48,816 nucleotides of DNA from Candidatus Omnitrophota bacterium (GTDB lineage: Bacteria; Omnitrophota; Gorgyraeia; Duberdicusellales; 4484-171). The translations under genes and the position numbers were made by a program. Of this stretch, positions 1 through 9,497 are shown piece after piece (the first letter of the stretch is position 1; each line of letters opens with the position of its first letter). The stretch spans positions 1-48,816 of the forward strand of contig JAQVMQ010000003.1 of NCBI GenBank assembly GCA_028703535.1. Direction: 5' to 3'. The notes under the pieces were generated by a model. That model worked only from the letters and a program-made list of their open reading frames with translations, did not search any database and was not told the origin of the DNA.

Positions 1-774
1 GCTGAATATTTACTTCGTTACGATACCCGCCACCTCCATAAACAAGAGTGATAGCTGAAGAGATATGAGATTTTGAGCCTTTATCAAAGCAAAGCCGCAG
101 GTATCGGACTCATATGGAAAACGCTGAGTATTTACTTCGTTACGATACCCGCCACCTCCATAAACAAGAGTGATAGCTAAAGAGATATGAGATTTTGAGC
201 CTTTATCAAGGCAAAGCCGCAGGTATCGGACTCATATGGAAAACGCTGAATATTTACTTCGTTACGATACCCGCCACCTCCATAAACAAGAGTGATAGCT
301 AAAGAGATATGAGATTTTGAGCCTTTATCAAAGCAAAGCCGCAGGTATCGGACTCATATGGAAAACGCTGAATATTTACTTCGTTACGATACCCGCCACC
401 TCCATAAACAAGAGTGATAGCTGAAGAGATATGAGATTTTGAGCCTTTATCAAGGCAAAGCCGCAGGTATCGGACTCATATGGAAAACGCTGAATATTTA
501 CTTCGTTACGATACCCGCCACCTCCATAAACAAGAGTGATAGCTGAAGAGATATGAGATTTTGAGCCTTTATCAAAGCAAAGCCGCAGGTATCGGACTCA
601 TATGGAAAACGCTGAGTATTTACTTCGTTACGATACCCGCCACCTCCATAAACAAGAGTGATAGCTAAAGAGATATGAGATTTTGAGCCTTTATCAAGGC
701 AAAGCCGCAGGTATCGGACTCATATGGAAAACGCTGAATATTTACTTCGTTACGATATCCGCCACCTCTATAAA
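1..774. repeat. 122-bp non-coding tandem repeat array: 6 full copies plus a degenerating 7th; truncated by the window start
   Basis: Unit starts at 1,123,245,367,489,611,733. Copies are identical except for A/G differences at unit offsets 6, 57 and 88. Copy1=copy5 and copy2=copy6. The period is not a multiple of 3, and there is no ORF >=60 aa in any frame across 1..1005. Confidence 0.95.
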
Positions 775-802
775 AATCCCGTAATACGGGATTTTTATGG
801 AG
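766..802 (+). terminator. Strong hairpin / intrinsic-terminator-like element closing the repeat array
   Basis: 16-bp stem 766-781 / 787-802 (ctctataaaaatcccg / cgggatttttatggag, one G-U pair) with loop taata. The GC core tcccg/cggga is followed by TTTTT on the + strand, with an A-run on the other side, so it is formally bidirectional. Confidence 0.6.
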
Positions 803-1005
803 CAATCGAAAATCGATAATAGAGAAATTAAGAGAGATTTTAGATTGCTGTCAAATTTCGAATTTCGATTAGTGGTATTTGGTTTTAAGATATTTAAAAC
901 TAGAAACTAATTATTTTCGCAATATATAACTTTATGCGATATTGAGTGTGGTTCCTGTAAATATAAAATTAGTATATTAATTCAGTTTTCTGTTAAAATA
1001 AATAC

Positions 1006-1497
1006 ATGAAAGCGTTAGTTGTTTTCTATTCGTTTAACGGTAATACCAGGCTGATAGCTGAAGCTGTGGCAAAAGCTGTTGATGCGGATCTTTTAGAGCT
1101 AAAACCGATTAAAGAGATAGCTCCAAAAGGATTTATGAAATACTTTTGTGGCGGCAGAGCTGTTATTATGAATCTTATGCCTGAATTATATAGATATAAT
1201 GTTAATATTGATTATTATGATGTTTTGTTCATAGGAACACCTGTTTGGGCATGGAGTTACGCGCCGCCGTTAAATACTTTTCTTTCAACCAGTAAAATAG
1301 AGGATAAAAAAATAGCTTTGTTTTGCTGCCATGGTGGAGTTAAAGGCGCGATATTTAGAAAAATGAAGGCTATGTTGGGTAATAACACTTTTTTAGGTGA
1401 AGCTGATTTTAAAGAGCCGCTTAAACGTAATGCTGACAATAATGTCAAAAAAGCTGTAGAATGGTCAAAAGATATATTTAAGGATAATAAATTATGA
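1006..1497 (+). CDS. Flavodoxin family protein
   Basis: N-terminal [22 protein letters not shown] matches the flavodoxin-like FMN-binding start; about 160 aa. Confidence 0.7.
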   Translation: MKALVVFYSFNGNTRLIAEAVAKAVDADLLELKPIKEIAPKGFMKYFCGGRAVIMNLMPELYRYNVNIDYYDVLFIGTPVWAWSYAPPLNTFLSTSKIEDKKIALFCCHGGVKGAIFRKMKAMLGNNTFLGEADFKEPLKRNADNNVKKAVEWSKDIFKDNKL

Positions 1498-1796
1498 AAA
1501 AATGTCCATATTGTGCCGAAGAAATACAAGATGAAGCGATTAAATGTAGATATTGCAGTGCAGATTTATCAAAAAACGTCGGAGCTAAAAAGTGGTATTT
1601 TAGCTCTTATGCGATTGTTGTAGCGCTTATGGCAATCGGTCCTTTCGCGTTGCCGCTTATATGGTTTCATCCGCAGATGCAGTTGACAACTAAAAAAATA
1701 TTAACAGCTGTTGTGGTTTTGATTACTTTATTTTTTGTATTTATCTTTATGAAAGCTTTTAGTGTTGTAAATGATTATTATAGTTTAATTTATTAA
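1494..1796 (+). CDS. Zinc-ribbon domain membrane protein
   Basis: CPYC-x12-CRYC zinc ribbon at the N-terminus, followed by two hydrophobic helices. ATGA overlap with the upstream gene. Confidence 0.55.
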   Translation: MKKCPYCAEEIQDEAIKCRYCSADLSKNVGAKKWYFSSYAIVVALMAIGPFALPLIWFHPQMQLTTKKILTAVVVLITLFFVFIFMKAFSVVNDYYSLIY

Positions 1797-1873
1797 ATTT
1801 TATATTCGCAAATACAAATCTATCTGTTCCAAATTTTCTTGATTTTTCCGTATTTGAAGGTAAGATAAACTCT

Positions 1874-3292
1874 ATGTTAGAAAAAATACGTAATACTCAT
1901 TTAAAAAAGATTCTTTGGGCAATTACTATCTTCATTATTATAACTTTCGCGTTTTTTGGCGCCCCGTCGTTATTCGTTTCGGATTCTCCTGTGGGAAAAA
2001 TACAGAATAAAAAAATAAAATTATCAGAATTCCGTCATTATACGGACCTTGCTCAAATACATTACGTTCTTAATGCTCCATCTGATGATGAATTAAAAGT
2101 CAGCGCGCAGGATATAACATCTAAGGCATGGGAATTATATCTTATACTGTTTCAGGCAGATAAAGAAAAGTATACCGCATTTGATGAAGAGGTTGTCGGA
2201 TACGTAAGACAAATGTTTTCGCGTAATGGAAAGTTCAGCGAACAATTATATCACGGGTTTCTCCAAAGAGTCCTACCACGTTATGGCCTTAATATTTCGC
2301 CCAGAGATTTTGAAGAAGCTATCCGTAAGTTTATTATTGTACAAAGATATATTGATAATAATGTAAAAACAACCATTACGGATGACGAGATTATGGCTGA
2401 ATATAAAAAAGATAATTCTAAGATTAAGATTAATTATTCTATAATCCCTTATGACAAGTTTCTGACGGATATAAACGTGACAGACGATGAAATAAACAAT
2501 ATATATGAAACTGAAAAAAACACGTTCATTAAAGCTCCTACTGTAAAATTCAAATACATTGCGATTGAAAAGGATAGCCCGTTGCTAGATAAACTTAAAA
2601 CGTTCAGCCCTAAAGATATTAAAGAGATATCGGGGATATCCGAAGACTTTTTAGAAATAAAGGAAACAGATTTTTTAACCGACCATGATCCTATAATTGG
2701 AATAGGGTGGCAGCCTGAAGTGATAAAAAAGGTTTTTACACTTAAAAATGGTGAAGTTTTTGGGCCTATAAATCTAGATAAACAGGTGATATATGTTGAA
2801 AAAGTAACAGACAAAGCTTCATATATGCCTCAGAAGAAAGATGTGACGGATGAAATAATTGCACGTATAAAAATACGCAAGGCATTGGCTATGGCGAAAA
2901 AAGAAGCTGAAGATTTCTTAAAAGAATTGAATGAACAGGATGGTCAGGACCTTTACAAGTTGGCCAAAGATAAAGGCATTGAAGTTAAGCAAACGGACTA
3001 TTTTAAATATTTTGATTATATTGAAGGTATTGGGCTTGACGCGGCTGTCAGTGATAAATTGTTTAAACTCCAGAAAGGGCAGATATATAAAGAACCTTTT
3101 ATGTTGCGTGACGGAGCATATATGATACAACTGGCCGATATGACAGAAGTTGACACTAAAGAGTATAACGAGGTGAAAGAGAATTACAGCAGTTTTGTAG
3201 CTAATAAGAAGTTCTTTTTGGAAAAATTAAAATTGATATACCGCCTTGAGCAAAAATATAAACTTGAGATTTATGCGCTCGACGATAAATGA
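1874..3292 (+). CDS. PpiD/SurA-like periplasmic chaperone (SurA N-terminal domain protein)
   Basis: N-terminus MLEKIRNTHLKKILWAITIFIIITFAFFG resembles the PpiD membrane anchor plus SurA_N region. Length is 472 aa, with a degenerate parvulin-like C-terminal part. Confidence 0.55.
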   Translation: MLEKIRNTHLKKILWAITIFIIITFAFFGAPSLFVSDSPVGKIQNKKIKLSEFRHYTDLAQIHYVLNAPSDDELKVSAQDITSKAWELYLILFQADKEKYTAFDEEVVGYVRQMFSRNGKFSEQLYHGFLQRVLPRYGLNISPRDFEEAIRKFIIVQRYIDNNVKTTITDDEIMAEYKKDNSKIKINYSIIPYDKFLTDINVTDDEINNIYETEKNTFIKAPTVKFKYIAIEKDSPLLDKLKTFSPKDIKEISGISEDFLEIKETDFLTDHDPIIGIGWQPEVIKKVFTLKNGEVFGPINLDKQVIYVEKVTDKASYMPQKKDVTDEIIARIKIRKALAMAKKEAEDFLKELNEQDGQDLYKLAKDKGIEVKQTDYFKYFDYIEGIGLDAAVSDKLFKLQKGQIYKEPFMLRDGAYMIQLADMTEVDTKEYNEVKENYSSFVANKKFFLEKLKLIYRLEQKYKLEIYALDDK

Positions 3293-3389
3293 GCCTTTAG
3301 AGAATAAGGTTATAGTTTCGCATACTTAATGTATCAAAAGCGGACATATTTTCCATATCCTATAATAAACATAACGGGCTACAATAAAG

Positions 3390-3413
3390 AAACCGGAGCT
3401 TAAGCTCCGGTTT
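3390..3413 (+). terminator. Hairpin terminator candidate after the PpiD-like gene
   Basis: aaaccggagc-ttaa-gctccggttt, a perfect 10-bp stem ending in TTT. Confidence 0.5.
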
Positions 3414-3535
3414 ACGAAAAGGGATTTAATGAGTACGTTTTTATTACATACAATATATACCGTATTATCAGGCATTAAAACAAGTGCAGGCATTTCATTT
3501 TTTGAAAGCGTTTACAAGAATATGGAGGATTAACA

Positions 3536-3736
3536 ATGGAATGTAGGAAAACCTCTAATTTAGAAGGATGTACATGCAGTTATATCGGTTGTTCTAAAAA
3601 AGGTCTTTGTTGCGAATGCGTTAGCTATCATCGTTTGAATAATGAAATACCGGGCTGTTTTTTTCCTAAAGATGCCGAAAAGACATATGATCGGTCAATT
3701 GAGAATTTCATAAGGACGTATAAGCTTAAAAAATAA
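3536..3736 (+). CDS. Small cysteine-rich protein (DUF6485-like pattern)
   Basis: 66 aa with CTCSYIGCSKKGLCCECVSYH...PGCFF. The RBS ggagg lies 8 nt upstream of the ATG. Confidence 0.5.
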   Translation: MECRKTSNLEGCTCSYIGCSKKGLCCECVSYHRLNNEIPGCFFPKDAEKTYDRSIENFIRTYKLKK

Positions 3737-3763
3737 AACGAGAGACTTATAAGCCTCTCGTTT
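3736..3763 (+). terminator. Hairpin terminator candidate
   Basis: aaacgagag-N10-ctctcgttt begins at the stop codon; 9-bp stem ending in TTT. Confidence 0.5.
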
Positions 3764-3918
3764 AAACTTCCGTGGCTGGACTAAGGTGTCTTCTCTAAAT
3801 TAAGTATACTATTTTTCACCTAAAAAAACTATGGATAAACCGGTTGAAATGTAAACGTTTTAAAACTTTACATTAAATGACTATGACGCTATAATTGCAT
3901 TAAAAGGAGGTACTGATT

Positions 3919-4221
3919 ATGCCGGATAAAAAAATTAAAAAATTGATTAATGACAATTGGCCTAAAACAAAAAAGGAATTCGAGAGGGTCCTTAAAACTA
4001 CTATGCAGCTTTTAAGTCAGGGCGAAACTTACCTTAAGGAAGTTTCTGAGAAAGGACTAAAGGAAACTAAAAAAATATCTCTTAAACTTAAAAAGGAAAA
4101 AATGTATTATGAGTTAGGCAAGCTTGTTGCTAAAACTCCGCAAAGTAAATTAGGTAATAACCAAAATATAAAAGATTATGTTTCAGAAATAAAGAAATTG
4201 TCCAAAACAGATAAAAAATAA
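3919..4221 (+). CDS. Hypothetical Lys-rich coiled-coil protein
   Basis: ORF with RBS aaaggagg upstream; 10 nt upstream of trxA. No recognisable motif. Confidence 0.4.
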   Translation: MPDKKIKKLINDNWPKTKKEFERVLKTTMQLLSQGETYLKEVSEKGLKETKKISLKLKKEKMYYELGKLVAKTPQSKLGNNQNIKDYVSEIKKLSKTDKK

Positions 4222-4231
4222 GAGGTGTGGC

Positions 4232-4549
4232 ATGGCTGTTAATATTAATTCCGATAATTTTGATTCTGAGGTAGTCCAGTCTCCTAAACCGGTTCTTTTG
4301 GATTTTTGGGCGCAGTGGTGCGGTCCTTGCCAGATGCTTGCCCCTGTGATTGGTGAGATATCCAGTGAGCTGGCGGATAAGATTAAAGTCTGTAAGGTTG
4401 ATGTCGATGAGAATGGCGAATTAGCTCAGGAATACGGTATAATGAGTATTCCGACCCTGATTATCATTAAAAATGGTAATGTTATCGCCAAGACAACTGG
4501 TAATATGAGCAAAGATAAACTCGTTGAGTTCATTAATTCAAATATTTAA
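4232..4549 (+). CDS. trxA: Thioredoxin
   Basis: WCGPC active site; 105 aa; typical DFWAQWCGPCQMLAP context. Confidence 0.9.
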   Translation: MAVNINSDNFDSEVVQSPKPVLLDFWAQWCGPCQMLAPVIGEISSELADKIKVCKVDVDENGELAQEYGIMSIPTLIIIKNGNVIAKTTGNMSKDKLVEFINSNI

Positions 4550-4565
4550 ACTGCTTTGCGGATAA

Positions 4566-5186
4566 ATGAAAAAATTTTCCAAGAAAACCATTAATCGGGC
4601 TTTTCTGTATATCCGTACGTTAGAACAGCTTATAAATAATAAACATAATCTTGTATCTTCCGGACAATTGGCAAAATTGACCGGATTAACCAGTACACAA
4701 ATAAGAAAAGATATTTCTAATTTCGGTAAGGTCGGTACACCCGGTATCGGATACAATACAGAAGAACTTAACGAGAAGTTGGAATTGTTTATTTTACAAA
4801 AACAAGTTGTTCATATTGCCGTATTTGGGATAGGGAATCTTGGCGCTGCGATATTGAAATATCCTAATTTCCAAAAAACCAAATTGAATATTGTAGCTGG
4901 ATTTGATAATGACCCTAAAAAAGTTGGCAAGAAATTTAATTCTATACCGATACATCCAATAGTAAATGCTCCAGGCGTTATAAAAAAAACTCATACAGAT
5001 ATCGGCATAATTGCCGTGCCGCAGAAATTTGCTCAGGAAGTAGCGGATATAATGGTATTATCGGGTCTAAAGGGTATCCTTAATTTTTCGCCGACAACTA
5101 TTAATGTGCCAAACGATGTTTTCGTTAAAGATATTGATTTTACTATATCGATACTTTCTTTGTTTTGCCGGATAAATCTCACATAA
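4566..5186 (+). CDS. rex: Redox-sensing transcriptional repressor Rex
   Basis: N-terminal winged-helix region with RAFLYIRTLEQL...SSGQLAKLTGLTSTQIRKDISNFG, plus a Rossmann motif FGIGNLGAA. About 206 aa. Confidence 0.85.
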   Translation: MKKFSKKTINRAFLYIRTLEQLINNKHNLVSSGQLAKLTGLTSTQIRKDISNFGKVGTPGIGYNTEELNEKLELFILQKQVVHIAVFGIGNLGAAILKYPNFQKTKLNIVAGFDNDPKKVGKKFNSIPIHPIVNAPGVIKKTHTDIGIIAVPQKFAQEVADIMVLSGLKGILNFSPTTINVPNDVFVKDIDFTISILSLFCRINLT

Positions 5187-5228
5187 GTTAAAGTCTGAAT
5201 TTTTAGATGTTTGTTTTTAAGACTATGT

Positions 5229-5246
5229 TTGTGATTTTTTTCACAA
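5229..5246. promoter_or_regulatory. Rex operator-like inverted repeat
   Basis: TTGTGAtttttTTCACAA matches 13 of 14 specified positions of the Rex-box consensus TTGTGAAnnnnTTCACAA. It lies between rex and hydG. Confidence 0.6.
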
Positions 5247-5252
5247 AACAAT

Positions 5253-5281
5253 TTGACAAAGATATTGCACCATGTTATTAT
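5253..5281 (+). promoter_or_regulatory. Sigma-70-type promoter candidate for hydG
   Basis: TTGACA (5253-5258), 17-nt spacer, TATTAT (5276-5281). The ATG at 5321 is about 40 nt downstream. Confidence 0.5.
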
Positions 5282-5320
5282 TTTGCATTCTTTACGTAAT
5301 TACTTATATCGGTATATATT

Positions 5321-6802
5321 ATGAATATAAATGACTGGATCAATAATCGTATAAAGCCCGAGCAATACACGGAGTATTTGGCTAACGGGAAAGACTTTAT
5401 TAATGATGAATTAATTGAGGATAAGATACGTTCAAATAACGCAAAAGATCGACGCAGGTTTGACGAAATACTTGCCATATCAAAATCGATCCAGACCTTA
5501 TCTTTGGATGATACGGCTTTTTTATTAAATGTTGAAGACCGCGATATGCTGTCGGAAATGAGAAGTACGGCTCTTGCGATAAAGAAAAAAGTCTATGATA
5601 ATCGTATCGTCACGTTTGCCCCAATTTATTTAGGCAGTTATTGTGTTAACAACTGCGCTTATTGCGGATTCAAAAAGGATAATAGCGCTGTTAGACGTCA
5701 TATATTGACTGAAGAAGAAATAGTTCATGAGATAGAGGTACTTGCCGGAAAGATCGGGCATAAAAGACTTATAGCCGTCTATGGTGAACATCCGAAGAAC
5801 GATATTGACTATATGGTTAACAGTATACGTGCCATATATAATGTCAAGGTGAAAACCAAGAATGGATATGGACAAATCCGCAGAGTCAATGTTAATGCTG
5901 CTCCTTTGGCAATAGAGAATCTTAAAAAACTTCATGAGGTCGGTATCGGGACTTACCAGGTTTTTCAGGAGACGTATCATCATGAGACATATGACAAACT
6001 GCATCCTAAAGGTACTTTAAAAAATGATTATAAATGGCGTTTATACTGTATGCACAGAGCTTTTCAAGCCGGTATAGATGATTTTGGGATAGGCGCATTG
6101 TTCGGACTTTATGATTGGAAGTTCGAGGTAATGGGCCTTGTAGCACATGCCTTAGATCTTGAAAAACATGTTGGGATAGGCCCTCATACGATATCGTTTC
6201 CAAGAATAGAACCGGCTTTTAATTCACCAATAACACAAAGTTCAGGCCATAAAGTAACTGATGACGATTTTCTTAAGTTGATTGTCGTATTGCGGTTGGC
6301 TGTTCCTTACAGTGGTATGATAATCACTGCGCGTGAATCAGAAGATATACGTTCCAAAAGTTGGCTATTGGGGATTACTCAGACCGACGCTTCTACGCGT
6401 ATAGGTGTTGGCGGATACAGTGAGAAAGTGACTGAACAGCAAGATAAGGGTCAGCAGTTTTTGCTTGGAGATACCCGTTCATTAACTGAACTAATCCGTG
6501 AGTTTTCTTCTAAAGGTATGATAACTTCTTTTTGTACTGCGGGCTACAGATGCGGACGTACGGGTGAATGTATAATGGATCTTTTGCGGACAGGACAGGA
6601 AGGTAAATTCTGCAAATTAAATGCTGTCCTGACTTTTCGTGAGTGGCTTGATGATTTTGCTGATGAAGAAACAAAAAAAATGTCTGAGCCGTTGATTGAA
6701 AAAGAAATAGAAGAAGTGAAGATGTCTAATCCGGGTGTTTTTGAACAGTTCATTTCTGCATATGATAAAACTAAAGATGGCCAGAGAGATCTTTATTTTT
6801 AG
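5321..6802 (+). CDS. hydG: Radical SAM enzyme, HydG-like ([FeFe]-hydrogenase maturase family)
   Basis: CVNNCAYCGF radical SAM motif; IRRVNVNAAP...GIGTYQVFQETYHHETYDKLHP; C-terminal CTAGYRCGRTG...KFCKLNAVLTFREWL. At 493 aa it is too long for ThiH. Confidence 0.7.
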   Translation: MNINDWINNRIKPEQYTEYLANGKDFINDELIEDKIRSNNAKDRRRFDEILAISKSIQTLSLDDTAFLLNVEDRDMLSEMRSTALAIKKKVYDNRIVTFAPIYLGSYCVNNCAYCGFKKDNSAVRRHILTEEEIVHEIEVLAGKIGHKRLIAVYGEHPKNDIDYMVNSIRAIYNVKVKTKNGYGQIRRVNVNAAPLAIENLKKLHEVGIGTYQVFQETYHHETYDKLHPKGTLKNDYKWRLYCMHRAFQAGIDDFGIGALFGLYDWKFEVMGLVAHALDLEKHVGIGPHTISFPRIEPAFNSPITQSSGHKVTDDDFLKLIVVLRLAVPYSGMIITARESEDIRSKSWLLGITQTDASTRIGVGGYSEKVTEQQDKGQQFLLGDTRSLTELIREFSSKGMITSFCTAGYRCGRTGECIMDLLRTGQEGKFCKLNAVLTFREWLDDFADEETKKMSEPLIEKEIEEVKMSNPGVFEQFISAYDKTKDGQRDLYF

Positions 6803-6898
6803 AAGCGTTAACTGCCGTACTAATGTCATGTCAAATTTATACGGGATATGGTTAAATAATGTTGAAATAAAATTTTTTTTTGATAATATAATACTATC

Positions 6899-7309
6899 AT
6901 GAAAAAAAGTAATTATTTTGCGTTTATCTTGAGTTTAGTGATACTTATTACCGGATGCGCACCGTTTGTTGCTATTGGATTAGTCGGCGCGGGATGTGTT
7001 ACGGGGTATGGCTTAAGTAATGACAGTGCTGTAGGTAATGTTAAAATGGATTACCATTCTTTGTGGGAAATGTGTCTTGACAAACTTACGGCTATGGAAG
7101 CAGATATATATTATTCAAATGAATCCAAAGGTCTCTTTAAAGTTTTTACATCAGAATATAGAGTTACCATACATATCGATAGTTTTGGGCCTGAGACTCA
7201 AAGATTAAAAGTTTCTGCACGTAAATTCTATATGCCCAAACCACAATTTGCACAAAAGATTTTCTTTAAACTCCTTGAAGATTTGGAAGACCTGGAAGAA
7301 AGAGGATAG
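6899..7309 (+). CDS. Putative lipoprotein
   Basis: Signal peptide with lipobox LITGC; 136 aa; no catalytic motif. Confidence 0.45.
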   Translation: MKKSNYFAFILSLVILITGCAPFVAIGLVGAGCVTGYGLSNDSAVGNVKMDYHSLWEMCLDKLTAMEADIYYSNESKGLFKVFTSEYRVTIHIDSFGPETQRLKVSARKFYMPKPQFAQKIFFKLLEDLEDLEERG

Positions 7310-8067
7310 TGCGGTTAAATTATTTTTTGGTTCTATCGGTATTCTTTTTTACTTCATGTACAGATTATAATAATATATCAGTTATCGAGGTTATCGATGG
7401 CGATACTATACGGCTTTCAAATAATAAGGTTTTGCGATATATCGGTATTGATACTCCCGAAAGTCGTATAAAAGAAGGTTCTGAATTTATTTATGACCCT
7501 CAACCTTTTTCTGTTCAGGCGGCACAAAAAAATAAAGATCTGGTTTTGGGTAAAAAAATAAGAGTCGAATTTGATTTAGTAAAAACAGATAAATATGGAC
7601 GTTTATTGGGATATTGTTTTTATGACGGGATGATGGTAAACGAAGAACTTTTGAAAAACGGATTAGCGGTTTTAATGACAATACCGCCGAATATTAAATA
7701 TACCGATAGATTTATAAAAGCGCAAACTGATGCGAGAAATCAAGGGCGGGGATTGTGGGCTGAGAATGAGATTGTTTCTGACGCGCAGGCGTCTGATTAC
7801 ATAGACCAAGTCCGCACAGTTCGGGGACGTGTTATAAGAACCTTTAAATCAGATAAATGTATTTATTTAAATTTCGGTGCGGATTATCGCACAGACTTTA
7901 CTATAGTTATTTTTAAAAAATCTTTACGATCTTTTATAGATAAAAAGATCGATCCTGAAAACTATTACATGAATAAGATGGTTGAAGTTACAGGCCGGAT
8001 AAAGCAATATAACGGCCCAGAAATTATCGTGGGGCATCCTTCCCAAATAACAGTATTGTCGTATTAA
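7309..8067 (+). CDS. Thermonuclease (SNase-like) family protein
   Basis: VIDGDTIRL...LRYIGIDTPE...YGRLLGY staphylococcal-nuclease motifs. GTG start overlaps the upstream TAG by 1 nt. Confidence 0.75.
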   Translation: MRLNYFLVLSVFFFTSCTDYNNISVIEVIDGDTIRLSNNKVLRYIGIDTPESRIKEGSEFIYDPQPFSVQAAQKNKDLVLGKKIRVEFDLVKTDKYGRLLGYCFYDGMMVNEELLKNGLAVLMTIPPNIKYTDRFIKAQTDARNQGRGLWAENEIVSDAQASDYIDQVRTVRGRVIRTFKSDKCIYLNFGADYRTDFTIVIFKKSLRSFIDKKIDPENYYMNKMVEVTGRIKQYNGPEIIVGHPSQITVLSY

Positions 8068-8135
8068 TTATATAAATAATATTTACTAAAAAATACTTAA
8101 ATTTTTCAGAATATAATGTATAATATAAGGACTTT

Positions 8136-9464
8136 ATGGACACTGATAAATTAACAAAAATAGTTTCGATGTGCAGACGCCGAGGTTTCATATTCGGTGG
8201 TTCGGAGATTTATGGCGGACTTTCGAGTGTATGGGACTATGGGCCGTTTGGCGCGAAGATAAAAAAACGCATCAAAGATCTCTGGTGGGATCATTATGTT
8301 GAAAAACGTGATGATATTGTAGGCCTTGATAGTAGTATAATAATGCATGAAGACGTTTTTAAAGCGTCGGGTCATCTTGCCGGCTTTACCGATTCACTTG
8401 TAGATTGTCCTAAGTGTAAGAAGCGTTCACGCGTGGATATGCTTGAGAAAGAAGATACTACTCATTATATATGCGAGTGTAAGAATGTTATAGACATTAC
8501 GGTAAATAAACCGCGTAAATTTAATTTGATGTTTAAGACCAACGTCAGTGCTACTGAAGAAAATCCGGTTTATGCATATTTACGGCCTGAGACTGCGCAG
8601 GGGATATTTGTAAATTTTGCTAATGTTTTAAATACAGTACACAAAAAACTTCCTCTTGGGATAGCGCAGATCGGTAAGTCTTTTAGAAATGAAGTGACAA
8701 CAGGTAGTTTTATTTTTCGAATGAAAGAGTTTGAACAGATGGAAATAGAATATTTTGTCCATCCTAATGACGCTGATAAAATGTATGAGTATTGGGTTAA
8801 AGAACGGTATTCTTTTTATACTGATAAAATAGGTTTGAAGAAAGAAAATCTAAGGTTACGGCCGCATACGGCTGACGAATTAGCCCATTATGCCAGGGGA
8901 TGCACGGATGTAGAGTATATGTTTCCTTTTGGATGGAGTGAACTTGAGGGCATAGCTAACCGTACAGATTTTGATCTTAAACAGCATTCAGAAGTAAGCA
9001 GAAAAGATTTGAGCTGTTTTTCCAGTGCTGAAAATAAAAAATTTATACCGTATGTAATAGAGCCGTCTGCAGGCGTTGACCGTACTTTTTTTGCTATTAT
9101 ATGTGATGCATATGATGAAGAAACGGTGAACGACAGAACACGTGTTGTCTTACGGCTTAAGCCTTATTTTGCACCGTATCGTGCGGCAGTTTTTCCTTTA
9201 TTAAAAAAGAATGATGAGCTTGTTAATATTGCAAAAAATCTATTTTATGATATAAGAAATAAGATGCCTGCGACATATGAAGATACTGCGGGTATCGGTA
9301 AATTATATCGTCGTCAGGATGAAATAGGTACACCTTTTTGCATAACGATTGATGGGGATTCTTTAAAAGATCAAAAAGTAACAATCAGGGACCGGGATAC
9401 TATGTTACAGGAGAGGGTTTCTATAGACCAGGTTGTTGTATATATAGAGCAGAAAAGTATATAA
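8136..9464 (+). CDS. glyQS: Glycine--tRNA ligase (class II, alpha2 type)
   Basis: RRGFIFGGSEIYGGLSSVWDYGPFG, FRNE and GVDR motifs; 442 aa. Confidence 0.9.
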   Translation: MDTDKLTKIVSMCRRRGFIFGGSEIYGGLSSVWDYGPFGAKIKKRIKDLWWDHYVEKRDDIVGLDSSIIMHEDVFKASGHLAGFTDSLVDCPKCKKRSRVDMLEKEDTTHYICECKNVIDITVNKPRKFNLMFKTNVSATEENPVYAYLRPETAQGIFVNFANVLNTVHKKLPLGIAQIGKSFRNEVTTGSFIFRMKEFEQMEIEYFVHPNDADKMYEYWVKERYSFYTDKIGLKKENLRLRPHTADELAHYARGCTDVEYMFPFGWSELEGIANRTDFDLKQHSEVSRKDLSCFSSAENKKFIPYVIEPSAGVDRTFFAIICDAYDEETVNDRTRVVLRLKPYFAPYRAAVFPLLKKNDELVNIAKNLFYDIRNKMPATYEDTAGIGKLYRRQDEIGTPFCITIDGDSLKDQKVTIRDRDTMLQERVSIDQVVVYIEQKSI

Positions 9465-9497
9465 TGTATTTTTAAAAAATAGAAAGGAGTTTTTATC

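Noticed and set aside
1-774. The tandem array as a CRISPR array
   Set aside because: The whole 122-bp unit repeats head to tail with no unique spacers. The unit is far longer than CRISPR repeats, and no cas genes are in the window.
1-774. A/G-only differences between copies as a diversity-generating retroelement TR/VR signature
   Set aside because: The copies are non-coding and tandem. There are only three variable sites arranged in a pattern explained by a 4-unit duplication. No reverse transcriptase or target gene is nearby.
5321-6802. The radical SAM protein as ThiH or BioB
   Set aside because: At 493 aa it has the long C-terminal extension bearing the FCxxNALLTF segment typical of HydG. 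No thiamine or biotin genes are adjacent.
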